Positions 37,438 to 47,536 of a stretch of DNA of 64,000 nucleotides are shown here, piece after piece (position 1 is the stretch's first letter; every line of letters starts with the position of its first letter). The notes under the pieces were generated by a model. That model was not told the origin of the DNA and did no database searches. It saw only the letters and a program-made list of their open reading frames with translations. The position numbers and the translations under genes were made by a program. Source of the DNA: Minisyncoccota bacterium (lineage in GTDB: Bacteria > Patescibacteriota > Minisyncoccia > Phycocordibacterales > UBA9973); contig JANOFO010000009.1 of NCBI GenBank assembly GCA_031413715.1, positions 94,866 to 158,865 of the forward strand. The letters run 5' to 3'.

Positions 37438-39262
37438 TTATATGGATATAAAACAAATTAGAAATTTCTCAATAATTGCACACATTGACCACGGTAAGAG
37501 CACCTTGGCTGATCGGATGCTTGAGGTCACAGGTACGATCGAGAAACGCAAGATGAAAGAACAGGTTCTTGATTCTATGGAGCTTGAACGTGAGCGCGGT
37601 ATTACCATCAAAATGCAGCCAGTCCGAATGCGATATATATTGCCATCCGATGAATATAACCTAGAACCTAAAACCTATACCCTAAATTTGATCGATACGC
37701 CCGGGCATATAGATTTCTCTTACGAAGTATCCCGAGCACTCAAGGCTGTAGAAGGATCAATACTACTCGTAGACTGCACGCAGGGCGTACAAGCACAAAC
37801 CCTTACTACCCTCGGCATGGCGCGTGAGAGTGGCCTCGTCATAATTCCTGTGTTATCAAAAGTAGATTCACCTCTAGCTCGCGTGGACGAAGTAAAAATG
37901 GAGCTCGCACTGCTACTAAATATTGATCCAGATACAATTCTAGAGGTCTCGGGTAAAACAGGCCAAGGAGTAGATCAACTTCTTACAGAAATAGTAAAAA
38001 GAGTCCCACCTCCGAAGATAGAAGGGCAAACTTCATCTGGAAGAGCACTTGTATTTGACTTCAAATACGATAACCACCGTGGAGTTATAGTCTATGTACG
38101 TGTCATAGGTGGGAGTTTCAAAAAAGGCGAGTCACTCCTGTTTGCTATTTCTGATGAGAAGTTCATATCACTTGAAGTTGGTACTTTTTCTCCAGAAGAA
38201 TTTCCAAGAGATACTATAAGTGCTGGAGAGATCGGGTATATTGTCACAGGTATCAAGAAGCCCGGCATTGCTTCTGTAGGAGACACTATTACTTATGCCA
38301 AGCGTCCATTGCCTGCACTACCTGGCTATATGAACCCACGGCCTGTCGTATGGGCATCAGTATATCCTGAATCAGCAGATGAATTTCCAGAACTCAAAGC
38401 AGCGCTCTCTAGACTAAAGCTTTCTGACTCCTCCTTTTCATACGAAGAAGAATCTTCTGGTAGTTTGGGGAGGGGATTTAGGTGTGGATTCTTGGGAATG
38501 CTTCATTTGGAAATTGTTACTGAGAGGCTTAATCGTGAGTTTGATCTAGATCTTGTTGTGACTATGCCTTCTATTACTTACAAAGTATTGTTGCGCAACG
38601 GCAAAGAAGAAATCATCTATTCACCGCACCTTTTCCCTGATGATGGTAATGTACAGAAAGTTTTTGAACCATGGGTCGATGTAAAGATCATAATCCCTTC
38701 TAAGTATATTAGTGTATTGATGCCATTCCTATATGACCATGAAGGAAATGTAAAGATGACTGACAACTTTGGTGACAACCGCTCATCAATAGATCTAGAG
38801 ATGCCACTTCGTGAGCTAATGCGTGATTTCTTTGATGAACTCAAAAGTTTAACTTCTGGCTATGCTTCAATCTCATACGAAATCGGCGAATATAAAGAGG
38901 CAGATGTCGTCCGCTTGGATATCCTAGTAGCAGATGAGCCTATGGTTGCTTTTACAAGAGTAGTTTCTCGTAGAAGGGTAGAAGAAGACGCAAAGAGTCA
39001 AGTTGAAAAACTCAAGAAGGTTATACCTCGTCAGCAGTTTGCCTTCAAAATCCAAGGCAAAGCACTTGGCAGGATAATCTCCTCTGAGTCCGTCAGTGCA
39101 TTTATGAAGGATGTTACTCAGCACATGTACGGAGGGGACATTACTCGTAAAATGAAGCTCAGAGAAAAGCAGAAGAAAGGCAAGAAAAAGATGGCTGGCC
39201 GAGGCAAAATAAACATCTCACACGAGGTGTTCTTGAAGATGATGAGAAGTGGCGATAATTAG
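37424..39262 (+). CDS. lepA: Translation elongation factor 4 (LepA).
   Basis: The G1 motif is IRNFSIIAHIDHGKSTLADR, and the remainder is collinear with EF4. Possible starts are 37424 or 37442. The track start at 37379 would overlap the ABC gene by 59 nt. Confidence 0.9.
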   Translation: MTINNYMDIKQIRNFSIIAHIDHGKSTLADRMLEVTGTIEKRKMKEQVLDSMELERERGITIKMQPVRMRYILPSDEYNLEPKTYTLNLIDTPGHIDFSYEVSRALKAVEGSILLVDCTQGVQAQTLTTLGMARESGLVIIPVLSKVDSPLARVDEVKMELALLLNIDPDTILEVSGKTGQGVDQLLTEIVKRVPPPKIEGQTSSGRALVFDFKYDNHRGVIVYVRVIGGSFKKGESLLFAISDEKFISLEVGTFSPEEFPRDTISAGEIGYIVTGIKKPGIASVGDTITYAKRPLPALPGYMNPRPVVWASVYPESADEFPELKAALSRLKLSDSSFSYEEESSGSLGRGFRCGFLGMLHLEIVTERLNREFDLDLVVTMPSITYKVLLRNGKEEIIYSPHLFPDDGNVQKVFEPWVDVKIIIPSKYISVLMPFLYDHEGNVKMTDNFGDNRSSIDLEMPLRELMRDFFDELKSLTSGYASISYEIGEYKEADVVRLDILVADEPMVAFTRVVSRRRVEEDAKSQVEKLKKVIPRQQFAFKIQGKALGRIISSESVSAFMKDVTQHMYGGDITRKMKLREKQKKGKKKMAGRGKINISHEVFLKMMRSGDN

Positions 39263-39402
39263 TTGCTGCTATTGAAAGAGAGCCGGCACGGAGTAGAGCA
39301 GGATCATACTGAGAATGACAATAATAGAGATCACCGCGAACATTTTCTCTACTCTTCGTCTCTTTTTGGGATGTAAAACCATGCTATAATTATACATATT
39401 TT

Positions 39403-39801
39403 ATGGCAGAATTCAACACAAAGTTCAATAGGAAAAAGAAATATAATTTCTGGCATTCGCCTCTTGTCCTCCTCATTCTTTTTGGTATTGTGGTTCTTTT
39501 TGCCTATAATATGGTTGGACTTGTAAAAAAACAGAGAGAAACTAGTAAAAATAAAACCTCAGAGCAGAGTAAGATAGATGATCTGCGTAAACGTGATGGG
39601 GAACTAACACAAGAAATCGAGAAGTTAAATACTGACAAGGGAGTCGAGGAGTCCATTCGCGACAAGTTTCAAGTTGTCAAACCAGGCGAGAAAATGGTGG
39701 TTATCGTCGATAGTGAAGATAAACAAGCCCTCTCTGATGAAGCTCCTCGAGATCATAGTTTTTTGGGTTTTATAAAAAGGATGTTTAAATCCAGTAAGTA
39801 A
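39403..39801 (+). CDS. Septum formation initiator family protein (FtsB/DivIC-like).
   Basis: An N-terminal TM helix is followed by a coiled coil and the conserved VVKPGEKMVVIV. The protein is 132 aa. A TATAAT sits 11 nt upstream. Confidence 0.6.
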   Translation: MAEFNTKFNRKKKYNFWHSPLVLLILFGIVVLFAYNMVGLVKKQRETSKNKTSEQSKIDDLRKRDGELTQEIEKLNTDKGVEESIRDKFQVVKPGEKMVVIVDSEDKQALSDEAPRDHSFLGFIKRMFKSSK

Positions 39802-39804
39802 TTT

Positions 39805-39875
39805 GCGGAATTAGTTTAGTGGCAGAACTGGTGCTTCCCAAGCATCAGGCGGGAGTTCGATTCTCCCATTCCGCA
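39805..39875 (+). tRNA. tRNA-Gly (anticodon CCC).
   Basis: The sequence is GCGGAATTAGTTTAGTGGCAGAACTGGTGCTTCCCAAGCATCAGGCGGGAGTTCGATTCTCCCATTCCGCA. The anticodon loop is TTCCCAA. Confidence 0.9.
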
Positions 39876-39885
39876 CAAATGAAAA

Positions 39886-39925
39886 CAATCCCGACTTTTA
39901 AAATCGGGATTGCGAATGTTTTTTC
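39886..39925. terminator. Bidirectional rho-independent terminator.
   Basis: The stem is AATCCCGA...TCGGGATT, followed by a T-run. It lies between tRNA-Gly and a convergent gene. Confidence 0.65.
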
Positions 39926-39932
39926 TTCTTGG

Positions 39933-40298
39933 TTACGAAGCAATAAGTTCATTTATTTCCTTGAAGTCTTCGATATGACCAGCTACAAACTGATAGGTAC
40001 GGTAGGGCTTTTTTCTATAAGTGTAGATTTTACACGGCATATCTAATTCCCCAATTGTTTTGAATGCTACTTCAATAACACTGTTCATTTTTTCTGGCCA
40101 ATTGTCTATCTCGCCATTTACACATATCAATACGGGGCGATTTTCCCGAATGCTTTTAACAAGGTGCTCATGGTTTGGATTTTGACTTAAAAGGAAACCA
40201 TACGATGCAATGTTTTCTACATTAACATTGGCAGATGCTAATTCGTTACTTATTTTGTTGTCACTACTGCCAAAGGTGATAAAAAGAAGTGTATTCAT
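39933..40298 (-). CDS. Hypothetical protein.
   Basis: 121-aa ORF. I recognise no family. Confidence 0.45.
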   Translation of the reverse strand: MNTLLFITFGSSDNKISNELASANVNVENIASYGFLLSQNPNHEHLVKSIRENRPVLICVNGEIDNWPEKMNSVIEVAFKTIGELDMPCKIYTYRKKPYRTYQFVAGHIEDFKEINELIAS

Positions 40299-40441
40299 AT
40301 TAATTGATTTTGATTTTACATTAACATTTTTTACTTTATTGTCAATATACGTATTTTATAATAAAAATATTTCTCATATTTTTATTTATGTTATAATGAG
40401 TATACATTATTATATATTCGCCTTAATACGGCTCAAACATC

Positions 40442-40681
40442 ATGAACAAAGTTACTATTTACAGCACTCCATCCTGTCACTTCTGCCATATGGCCAAGGA
40501 ATTCTTTACCGAGAAGAATGTTGCATTTGAAGATTTTAATGTAGCAGGGGATCAGGAAAAACGCAAAGAAATGATCACTAAAAGCGGCCAAATGGGGGTA
40601 CCGGTCATCGTCATCGGCAATACCATAGTTGTTGGCTTTAACAAGCCAAAAATCGTGGAACTCTTAGGTATTACAGAGTAG
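40442..40681 (+). CDS. Glutaredoxin-like protein (NrdH/YruB-like).
   Basis: The active-site CxxC is TPSCHFCHMAK. The protein has a thioredoxin-fold length of 79 aa, and the conserved GVP is present. Confidence 0.75.
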   Translation: MNKVTIYSTPSCHFCHMAKEFFTEKNVAFEDFNVAGDQEKRKEMITKSGQMGVPVIVIGNTIVVGFNKPKIVELLGITE

Positions 40682-40688
40682 CTATTTG

Positions 40689-40760
40689 TGTCCTTGGCAG
40701 GAATCGAACCTGCATCTATTCCTTAGGACGGAACTGTTCTATCCATTGAACTACAAGGAC
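40689..40760 (-). tRNA. tRNA-Arg (anticodon CCT).
   Basis: The reverse-complement is GTCCTTGTAGTTCAATGGATAGAACAGTTCCGTCCTAAGGAATAGATGCAGGTTCGATTCCTGCCAAGGACA. I checked the acceptor, D, anticodon and T stems by hand. Confidence 0.85.
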
Positions 40761-40841
40761 ATATTTGCATATTTATAATACGTCATAATTGGGTATAATG
40801 CCATCTTTTATTTTTAATCCATATATGCTATTGTTTCATCA

Positions 40842-41120
40842 ATGGATGATGAAACAAAGGAGCTTTTGAAGCAAAATCTGGAGTTATCTCAAAAAAATAA
40901 CGAGATGCTTTCAAAGCTTATCAGAGTTCAAAAGTTTACGACGATTTATCGTATTGTCTATTGGGCGATCATTATCTTTTCAACTTTGGGACTCTTTTAT
41001 TTTATAAAGCCACTCATAGGAAATTTATTCAATGCCTATGGAGTGTCGGATGTAGATAGCTTCGGTAGTTTTGGTAGCAACAAGCAACAGATTCAGGATT
41101 TCATAGATTCAATGAAATAA
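40842..41120 (+). CDS. Hypothetical small protein with a coiled-coil N-terminus and one TM helix.
   Basis: 92-aa ORF. Confidence 0.4.
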   Translation: MDDETKELLKQNLELSQKNNEMLSKLIRVQKFTTIYRIVYWAIIIFSTLGLFYFIKPLIGNLFNAYGVSDVDSFGSFGSNKQQIQDFIDSMK

Positions 41121-41168
41121 TTTTTTTTTGCAAAAATCTTTATTTTTAGTATTATAGGGAAGTAAATT

Positions 41169-41241
41169 GCTTGGGTAGCTCAGTTGGTAGAGCGCTCCCC
41201 TGAAGAGGGAGATGTCACCAGTTCAACTCTGGTCCCAAGCA
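41169..41241 (+). tRNA. tRNA-Phe (anticodon GAA).
   Basis: The sequence is GCTTGGGTAGCTCAGTTGGTAGAGCGCTCCCCTGAAGAGGGAGATGTCACCAGTTCAACTCTGGTCCCAAGCA. Confidence 0.9.
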
Positions 41242-41364
41242 CTGTTATATGTCGTGTTATGTCTATATGATTAAAAGTCTTATTGGTAAACATTATTATG
41301 TTGGTATTTCTGAAAACGTAGCTTGTCGCCTCGAACGACATAATATTGAATATAAAAATAAAGA

Positions 41365-42264
41365 TTAGCCTGCTACTAAAAGTATTCCCATAGCAAGAGT
41401 GGTGAAAAATACGAACTTCTTGATTGTGTACTTTCTCTCTTTTCTTTCATTGAATGTATTCTTAAATCTTTTTCCTAAAAGTTTTGCGTAAAAAAGTACA
41501 AAAAATGGAGTAAAAATCGTGATACTTTTTACCAAGCTTACCGGTGCAATTTTTAGAGCATAGCTTTCTGATAAAAATGCGAGGAATGTAGCAAGTTCTT
41601 CAACGAAGAAGAGATGGATCTTGTTCCAAAAGAGTGGCACTCCATCTCGAATCTCTCTTCGAAGCGGTCGGAATAGGGGAAGGAGCATGGCTAAAATAAA
41701 TGCAACGATCAACTCTCCGCTGACTGCGGTTGTAACCGATATTCCTTTAGTATAGAGATATTTGAATAAGACCCCTTCAAATGATGTTATGAATGCAGCA
41801 AGGGCGATAAATTTAAGAGCTTTGCTAAATCTGACTCCACCTGGAATTTTCTCTACACTTAAAAAAATAACACTCGAGACTACAAGAACAATCCCGACAT
41901 ATTTGTAAAAAGAAAGAGTTTCGCCCACAATGATGAAAGCGAGTATCGGGATGATAATTCTTCCTAATCCAAAAAATGAAACTACGGTAGAAGTGTCGTC
42001 GCTCTGAAGGCCTTTATAATATGGGTAGAGATATGATACGTTTATGAGTCCCAAAAGGAGAAAGATCGGCCATGCTATTGATATCTCAGAAAGAGTCGGT
42101 AGTGTCCCGATAATCCAGAGGAAGGGAATGAAAATAAGATTAAATAAAGACGTGAAAAAGACCAGAACGAACGGATTCTTAAAATTCTTGGTAACAAGAA
42201 TAGTGTCAAAAATATTCGATACGCCATAAAACGCTGGAGCAAGGAGGGCAATAAATATCCACAT
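41365..42264 (-). CDS. EamA/DMT-family transporter (10 TM).
   Basis: 299-aa ORF with two 5-TM halves. Confidence 0.6.
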   Translation of the reverse strand: MWIFIALLAPAFYGVSNIFDTILVTKNFKNPFVLVFFTSLFNLIFIPFLWIIGTLPTLSEISIAWPIFLLLGLINVSYLYPYYKGLQSDDTSTVVSFFGLGRIIIPILAFIIVGETLSFYKYVGIVLVVSSVIFLSVEKIPGGVRFSKALKFIALAAFITSFEGVLFKYLYTKGISVTTAVSGELIVAFILAMLLPLFRPLRREIRDGVPLFWNKIHLFFVEELATFLAFLSESYALKIAPVSLVKSITIFTPFFVLFYAKLLGKRFKNTFNERKERKYTIKKFVFFTTLAMGILLVAG

Positions 42265-42268
42265 GGAT

Positions 42269-42769
42269 TTAGATCGACTTTACCTTCAGTGTCGTCTTCT
42301 TTTCTTTATTTATTTTTGGAAGCTTGATGATGAGGAGTCCATGTTTTTCTACAGCCTCAGCTTCTTCAGGATCCACTTCTTCTGGTAGGGAAATTGTTCT
42401 AGAAAATGCTCCCCAATATAGTTCTTGGACAAAATAGTTTTCATTATTGATTGAGTGGTTCTCTTCACGCTTGCCGTGAATCGTGATCATGTCGCGTGTG
42501 ATAGTTATGGAGAGATTGTCAGGTACGACACCAGCGATCATAGTCTGTACTATGATGTCAGTTGCTGTTTGATAAAGGTCGACAGTGAGCTGAGCTTCTT
42601 CCTCTTCTTCCCATTTTGATTCTTTCTTTCCATTTTTATCCTTTAATTCAGATCCACCTTTATCTCCAAAAGTAAGTTTTTTACTCTCTAAAGATATTTC
42701 TTCTTCAGCTTCATCTTCAAACCGCATACCACCTGTGATTCTTTGTAAAAATGTTCGTTTTTTTAGCAT
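42269..42769 (-). CDS. Hsp20/alpha-crystallin family small heat-shock protein.
   Basis: The alpha-crystallin domain region is VDLYQTATDIIVQTMIAGVVPDNLSITITRDMITIHGKR...AFSRTISLPEEVDPEEAEAVEKHGLLIIKLPK. Confidence 0.75.
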   Translation of the reverse strand: MLKKRTFLQRITGGMRFEDEAEEEISLESKKLTFGDKGGSELKDKNGKKESKWEEEEEAQLTVDLYQTATDIIVQTMIAGVVPDNLSITITRDMITIHGKREENHSINNENYFVQELYWGAFSRTISLPEEVDPEEAEAVEKHGLLIIKLPKINKEKKTTLKVKSI

Positions 42770-42785
42770 ATATAATTCTCAAGCA

Positions 42786-43496
42786 TTAGATCTTTTGAAT
42801 ATAATTCCCCATACGCTTCAACTTTTCAAAAATAAGTATATTAATAATTGTGACGACCCACAATGATCCAAAGACACTCAAAAAGTTCGCACCGCCTTCC
42901 TTCATTATAAAAAAATTAAAGATACTATGCAACACTATTGCAGAGAGTATTCCGATAAAAAGGTAGGTCGCCCTGTATTCCTTTATATAAAATGATAAAC
43001 CGAGAGCGCTGCCGATCATGCCGCTTGCAACAGCGTGAAGGAGCGTAGATCCGAGAAAGCGCAGATTACCCGTAAGCAGACCAACTACTGTTCCGCTTGC
43101 ATCGAGCGGATGCAAGAGGTACAGGATATTTTCAAGCGCAGCGAACCCAAGAGCCGTAGCTATGAAATACATAGGGTAATCAATCGGCTTTCGTATGATG
43201 CGGCTACTCAAAAGGATAATAGCTACTCCTGCAACCTTGAGTAACTCCTCAATCGTTGCCCAAGCGATCACTTGCAGTTCTGCATTCTTTATAAAATTGA
43301 GCGAATATTTCTCCATCCAAATGGCGATTATAACCATGATCCCTCCAAGGATGAACGAAAGTACTATTAATCCTTTTGGTTCCGGTTCTTCGGAATCTTC
43401 CTCATGAAGCCAGAACCAGAGCCATAGTATGGCTGGAAGCGCTCCGCCCAAAATAGCAAAGAGAAGAGTTTTAGGATTTTGGAACAATTCAGTCAT
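42786..43496 (-). CDS. PrsW-family intramembrane metalloprotease-like protein.
   Basis: The ordered motifs are EELLK, FAALEN and HAVASG/HSIFN, on a protein with about 7 TM helices. Confidence 0.5.
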   Translation of the reverse strand: MTELFQNPKTLLFAILGGALPAILWLWFWLHEEDSEEPEPKGLIVLSFILGGIMVIIAIWMEKYSLNFIKNAELQVIAWATIEELLKVAGVAIILLSSRIIRKPIDYPMYFIATALGFAALENILYLLHPLDASGTVVGLLTGNLRFLGSTLLHAVASGMIGSALGLSFYIKEYRATYLFIGILSAIVLHSIFNFFIMKEGGANFLSVFGSLWVVTIINILIFEKLKRMGNYIQKI

Positions 43497-43497
43497 A

Positions 43498-45690
43498 CTA
43501 TAAATTTTTTATGGGCCATGGTGCGACCATTAATAAATTTTTATCCTGATCTTTATTTTTGGCAGAAAGCAATGACCAGATCTCTTCGGTTACAAATGGC
43601 ATGAATGGATGGAGGATTTTTACGATTTTTTCTAATGTAGAAAGCAAGAATTGTTTTCTAGAAATCTTTTCGGTATTACTTCCTTCTAGGAATATTGCCT
43701 TACTTTCTTCCAAGATTATATCAGCAAAAGAGTGCCAACTATAGTGATATGCTTTCTCTGCTACTATATAAAATTTAAACTCATCCATTTCTTTTGTAAT
43801 TTCACTAATAAAATCACCCCGCTCTTTTATCAGTGCTAAATCTCTTTCGGTATATTTAGTAAACTTGCTATCATATTGTTCACCTTCACAAACAGATAAA
43901 ACAAATCTAGTTATATTCCAGAGTTTGTTAGCAAAATTTTTATATGAGCGAATTTTATCTTCTGAGAGTGCAAGTGATGTGCCTGGCGTGTTACCAACAA
44001 TAAGTCCTATTCTAAATGCATCCGTTCCGTATTTGCTTGTAAGATCTAGTGGATTTATAACATTTCCCTTACTTTTGCTCATTTTTTGGCCCTTTGCGTC
44101 AAGTACGAGTCCGTGCAAGTAGACTGTTTTGAACGGTACTTCTCCTGTAACATAAAGTCCGAGCATAATCATTCGAGATACCCAGAAGAATATTATCTCT
44201 CCTGCAGTTTCCATGACATCCGTTGGGTAGTAATTCTTAAAATCAGGATTAGCTGGGAAGCCTAATGTTGCAAATGGCCACTGACTTGAAGAGAACCATG
44301 TATCAAATGTATCCATATCTTGTCTTAGTTTTTGATCACATTTTTTGCAATTGTTTATTTGATTTTCCAAATCTACATATCCTTCATCGCAAGAATCGCA
44401 TATTTTTGCTGGTATAGGTATACCCCAAACAATTTGCCGAGAGATATTCCAGTCCCTTATGTTTTCTAACCAGTAGGTACTTATTTTTTTATAATGTTCT
44501 GGAATATACTCGATGCTACTGTTTTCTATTTTCTCAAGGGCTTTCAGTGCTAAAGGTTTCATTTTTATGAACCACTGGCTCTTTATTTGTGGCTCAATAA
44601 TAGTTCCACATTTATAACATGTATGCACTACATGTTTGTAATTTTCTTCAATTTTATCTACTAAACCTTTTTTCTGCATTTTTTCGATTATTAATGGTCT
44701 TGCTTTGCTGATATGCAGTCCTGCGAATTCACCTGCGATGGGGAGGAGTTTACCTTGCTCGTTTATAATCTGTTCTTTGTCTAGATTGTGCCTCTCTGCA
44801 ATTTCAAAGTCAGTCATATCATGCCAAGGGGTTATCGTCATGACACCTGTTCCAAATTCCATGTCAACACTCTCATCCTTTATGATTGTTGCAGTGATGG
44901 GTCCATTAATCCACTCCAAATCTATTTTCTGGCCGTTTTCATATTCTTTATATCTGTCATCATTAGGATGCATAACCACATATTTATCGCCAAACTTTGT
45001 TTCGGGTCTTGCGGTACCTATGACAAATGGACCATATTTTAAATAATAGAATTTATCTGTACGTTCTTCGTCAGCTATCTCAAGATCAGAAAATGAAGTT
45101 TGGTGCTTAGAACACCAACTTACAATTCTTTTACCGCGGTATAGTAGGCGATCTTTTTCAAGTTTCGCGAAAGTTTTATAAACAACATTTACAATATCAG
45201 GATCGAGTGTAAACTTTTCTCGTGACCAATCACATGACGAACCCATACTTCTAACCTGAGATTTTATACTCGAAGAATTTGTTAGAGTAAAATCAAGAAT
45301 TTCTTTATATAATTCTTCTCTGTTCATTCCGAATCGGGAACGGCCTTCTTTTTCTAGTTTTTTCTCATACACAACTTGAGTTTCAAATCCTGCATGGTCT
45401 AGTCCGGGTAGCCATAATGTTTTGTATCCACGCATTCTCTTGTAACGAGTCATTATATCTTCTATTGTCATTACAAGTCCGTGACCTGCGTGTAATGATC
45501 CATTTGCGTTTGTAGGAGGCATCATTATCGTAAAAGGCTCTGCATCAGGCTTTGTTATTCCTTTTTCGATACATATATCAGGGTTAAAAAAACCACTCTC
45601 TTCCCAGAGCTTGTAGATACGATCTTCAGTTTGAGCCGGATCATAAGGCGCAAGTAGCTTAGGGTCAATGTCAGGGAAGTCTTTATCCAT
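43498..45690 (-). CDS. valS: Valyl-tRNA synthetase (compact form).
   Basis: The HIGH region is PPTNANGSLHAGHG. WLPGLDHAG and DTFDTWFSSSQWP are present. The KMSKS motif is KMSKSKGN. The protein is 730 aa. Confidence 0.8.
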   Translation of the reverse strand: MDKDFPDIDPKLLAPYDPAQTEDRIYKLWEESGFFNPDICIEKGITKPDAEPFTIMMPPTNANGSLHAGHGLVMTIEDIMTRYKRMRGYKTLWLPGLDHAGFETQVVYEKKLEKEGRSRFGMNREELYKEILDFTLTNSSSIKSQVRSMGSSCDWSREKFTLDPDIVNVVYKTFAKLEKDRLLYRGKRIVSWCSKHQTSFSDLEIADEERTDKFYYLKYGPFVIGTARPETKFGDKYVVMHPNDDRYKEYENGQKIDLEWINGPITATIIKDESVDMEFGTGVMTITPWHDMTDFEIAERHNLDKEQIINEQGKLLPIAGEFAGLHISKARPLIIEKMQKKGLVDKIEENYKHVVHTCYKCGTIIEPQIKSQWFIKMKPLALKALEKIENSSIEYIPEHYKKISTYWLENIRDWNISRQIVWGIPIPAKICDSCDEGYVDLENQINNCKKCDQKLRQDMDTFDTWFSSSQWPFATLGFPANPDFKNYYPTDVMETAGEIIFFWVSRMIMLGLYVTGEVPFKTVYLHGLVLDAKGQKMSKSKGNVINPLDLTSKYGTDAFRIGLIVGNTPGTSLALSEDKIRSYKNFANKLWNITRFVLSVCEGEQYDSKFTKYTERDLALIKERGDFISEITKEMDEFKFYIVAEKAYHYSWHSFADIILEESKAIFLEGSNTEKISRKQFLLSTLEKIVKILHPFMPFVTEEIWSLLSAKNKDQDKNLLMVAPWPIKNL

Positions 45691-45727
45691 ATATAAAATA
45701 TAGCATTTTGAGGCTATTTTTCCAATA

Positions 45728-46867
45728 TTATAACGCTAGATTGCCTGCGGCCTTTAACTTTTTTGGTGGTTTCTTTTTTTGATATTGGAAATATCCAGCA
45801 ATTGCGATCATGAGAGCATTATCGGTACTCAATTCTTTGGCAGGGAAGTGAATAGACGTTTTTAGGGATTTTGTAAGAGTTTTCTTTAAGTGAGCATTGG
45901 CTGATACACCACCTCCGATAATAAGCATTTTTATTTTATATTCTAGAACAGCTCGCAGAGTTTTTGCTACAAGTACATCAACTACTGCATCTTCAAATTC
46001 TTTTGCGATTTTCGGCTTCATCTCTTCTGTCAGTGGTCCGTTATCGCGAATATAATATAGAACTGCAGTTTTTAATCCTGAGAATGAGAAGTCATAATCT
46101 TTGGAGTAAATCATTGGACGAGGGAGAGCTACGCTGCCGACTTCGCTTGAAATAGTGCTTCCGGAGGTGCGGATATTTTTCTGCTGAAAAATTCCTCGAG
46201 ATCGCGCCGTCGCGCTCTCTAGTCTTCCAATCTTACCATTTCTTCGCTCCTTATTCGCCAACCTTGAAATCTCTGGTCCGCCTGGATATGGTAGCCCGAG
46301 CATGCGGGCGACTTTATCAAACGCTTCACCGGCGGCATCATCGCGAGTAGATCCTATAACTATGTATTTGCCAAATTCTTTCACAAGCACAAGCTCTGTG
46401 TGTCCGCCGGAAACTAAAAGGGAAAGCATTGGGAACTTGAGCGTATCTTTTTTAAACGTAAATGTTTTGCTCTTCTGTACTAGTACAGATAGAAGGTGCC
46501 CCTCCATATGATTGACTGGGATTATCGGTACGCCAAGCTTTTTGGATAATTCTTCAGCAAATGTAATTCCTACCCATAATGCTGGCTCAAGCCCGGGTCC
46601 GACAGTTACAGCAATAGCATCAATTTTAGGATTCTTTGCTGTCTTCATTGCAAGCTCAAATAATGGTCCAATGTTTTTCGCATGCTCACGCTTTGCCATC
46701 ATAGGGAAAATACCCCCATACTCTGTATGTATACCTATCTGCGAATGAACTTTATTTGCCAGTATTTTGAATTTAGTAGAGCTCTTGCCTTTTGTTGCCT
46801 CTAGTATAGCTATACCTGTGTCGTCGGCAGAAGTTTCTATTGCCAAGAGTGTCAGTCTTTTTTGCAT
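45728..46867 (-). CDS. tsaD: tRNA N6-adenosine threonylcarbamoyltransferase TsaD (Kae1/Gcp family).
   Basis: The N-terminus has LLAIETSADDTGIAIL and the LVSGGHTEL motif is present. The protein is 379 aa and has a low-complexity insertion. Confidence 0.85.
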   Translation of the reverse strand: MQKRLTLLAIETSADDTGIAILEATKGKSSTKFKILANKVHSQIGIHTEYGGIFPMMAKREHAKNIGPLFELAMKTAKNPKIDAIAVTVGPGLEPALWVGITFAEELSKKLGVPIIPVNHMEGHLLSVLVQKSKTFTFKKDTLKFPMLSLLVSGGHTELVLVKEFGKYIVIGSTRDDAAGEAFDKVARMLGLPYPGGPEISRLANKERRNGKIGRLESATARSRGIFQQKNIRTSGSTISSEVGSVALPRPMIYSKDYDFSFSGLKTAVLYYIRDNGPLTEEMKPKIAKEFEDAVVDVLVAKTLRAVLEYKIKMLIIGGGVSANAHLKKTLTKSLKTSIHFPAKELSTDNALMIAIAGYFQYQKKKPPKKLKAAGNLAL

Positions 46868-46923
46868 AAAAGCACTATAGCATAAGGGTTTTTATTTGAC
46901 CATTTTTATGATAGATTGGATAG

Positions 46924-47535
46924 ATGAAGAAAAAACGACTTGGATTCAATCTTGCACTTATGGGCATGATAGCTTCTGGCAAAGAAACTCAAATGGAAAT
47001 TCTAAAGAAGAAGTACTCACTTCAGCCTGTTGAAACAGGTGTTTTCACAAGAAAGTTATTGAAAGCAAAAACAAAGGATGGTGAATGGGCAAGGCGTACT
47101 GCAGGAAAAGGCCAACCCCTTCCTACTTTATTAATGCAGAGATTTCTTCTTTCGCAGATAAATAAAAAACCAAAAAGCAAAGATTTAATTTTTAATGGTG
47201 GTCCACGTCTTAAACCTGAAGCTCAATTAACAAAAAAAATACTTCATCAGAAAGGTCAAAATCTTTTTGTTATTTATATATCTCTTCCTGACAAAGAAGT
47301 GTACAAAAGATCACTTAAACGTAAAACAGGAGATATGAAAGATCTTTATAAAGTTTTTGATACAAAAAAAATAATAGAAAAACGAATTAAATGGCATAAG
47401 GATCAAGTATCAAAAACTGTAGCCTATTTTGATAGTCTCGGTAAACTCAAAAAGATCAAGGGCAATCAATCTATAGAGAAAGTACGCCAAGATATAGAAA
47501 AAGCTATAGAAAGTTTTCAGAAGAGAGCCAAGTAA
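46924..47535 (+). CDS. Adenylate/NMP kinase-family protein with a divergent P-loop.
   Basis: LALMGMIASGKETQ is adk-like (GAPGAGKGTQ) with the glycine after the lysine replaced by glutamate. The NMP-binding region is LIFNGGPRLKPEAQ. Confidence 0.55.
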   Translation: MKKKRLGFNLALMGMIASGKETQMEILKKKYSLQPVETGVFTRKLLKAKTKDGEWARRTAGKGQPLPTLLMQRFLLSQINKKPKSKDLIFNGGPRLKPEAQLTKKILHQKGQNLFVIYISLPDKEVYKRSLKRKTGDMKDLYKVFDTKKIIEKRIKWHKDQVSKTVAYFDSLGKLKKIKGNQSIEKVRQDIEKAIESFQKRAK

Positions 47536-47536
47536 A

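Noticed and set aside
39269-39381. Possible 37-aa minus-strand membrane peptide upstream of the ftsB-like gene.
   Set aside because: The start and stop I found are not in the same frame (a span of 113 nt). I could not confirm an intact ORF by eye.
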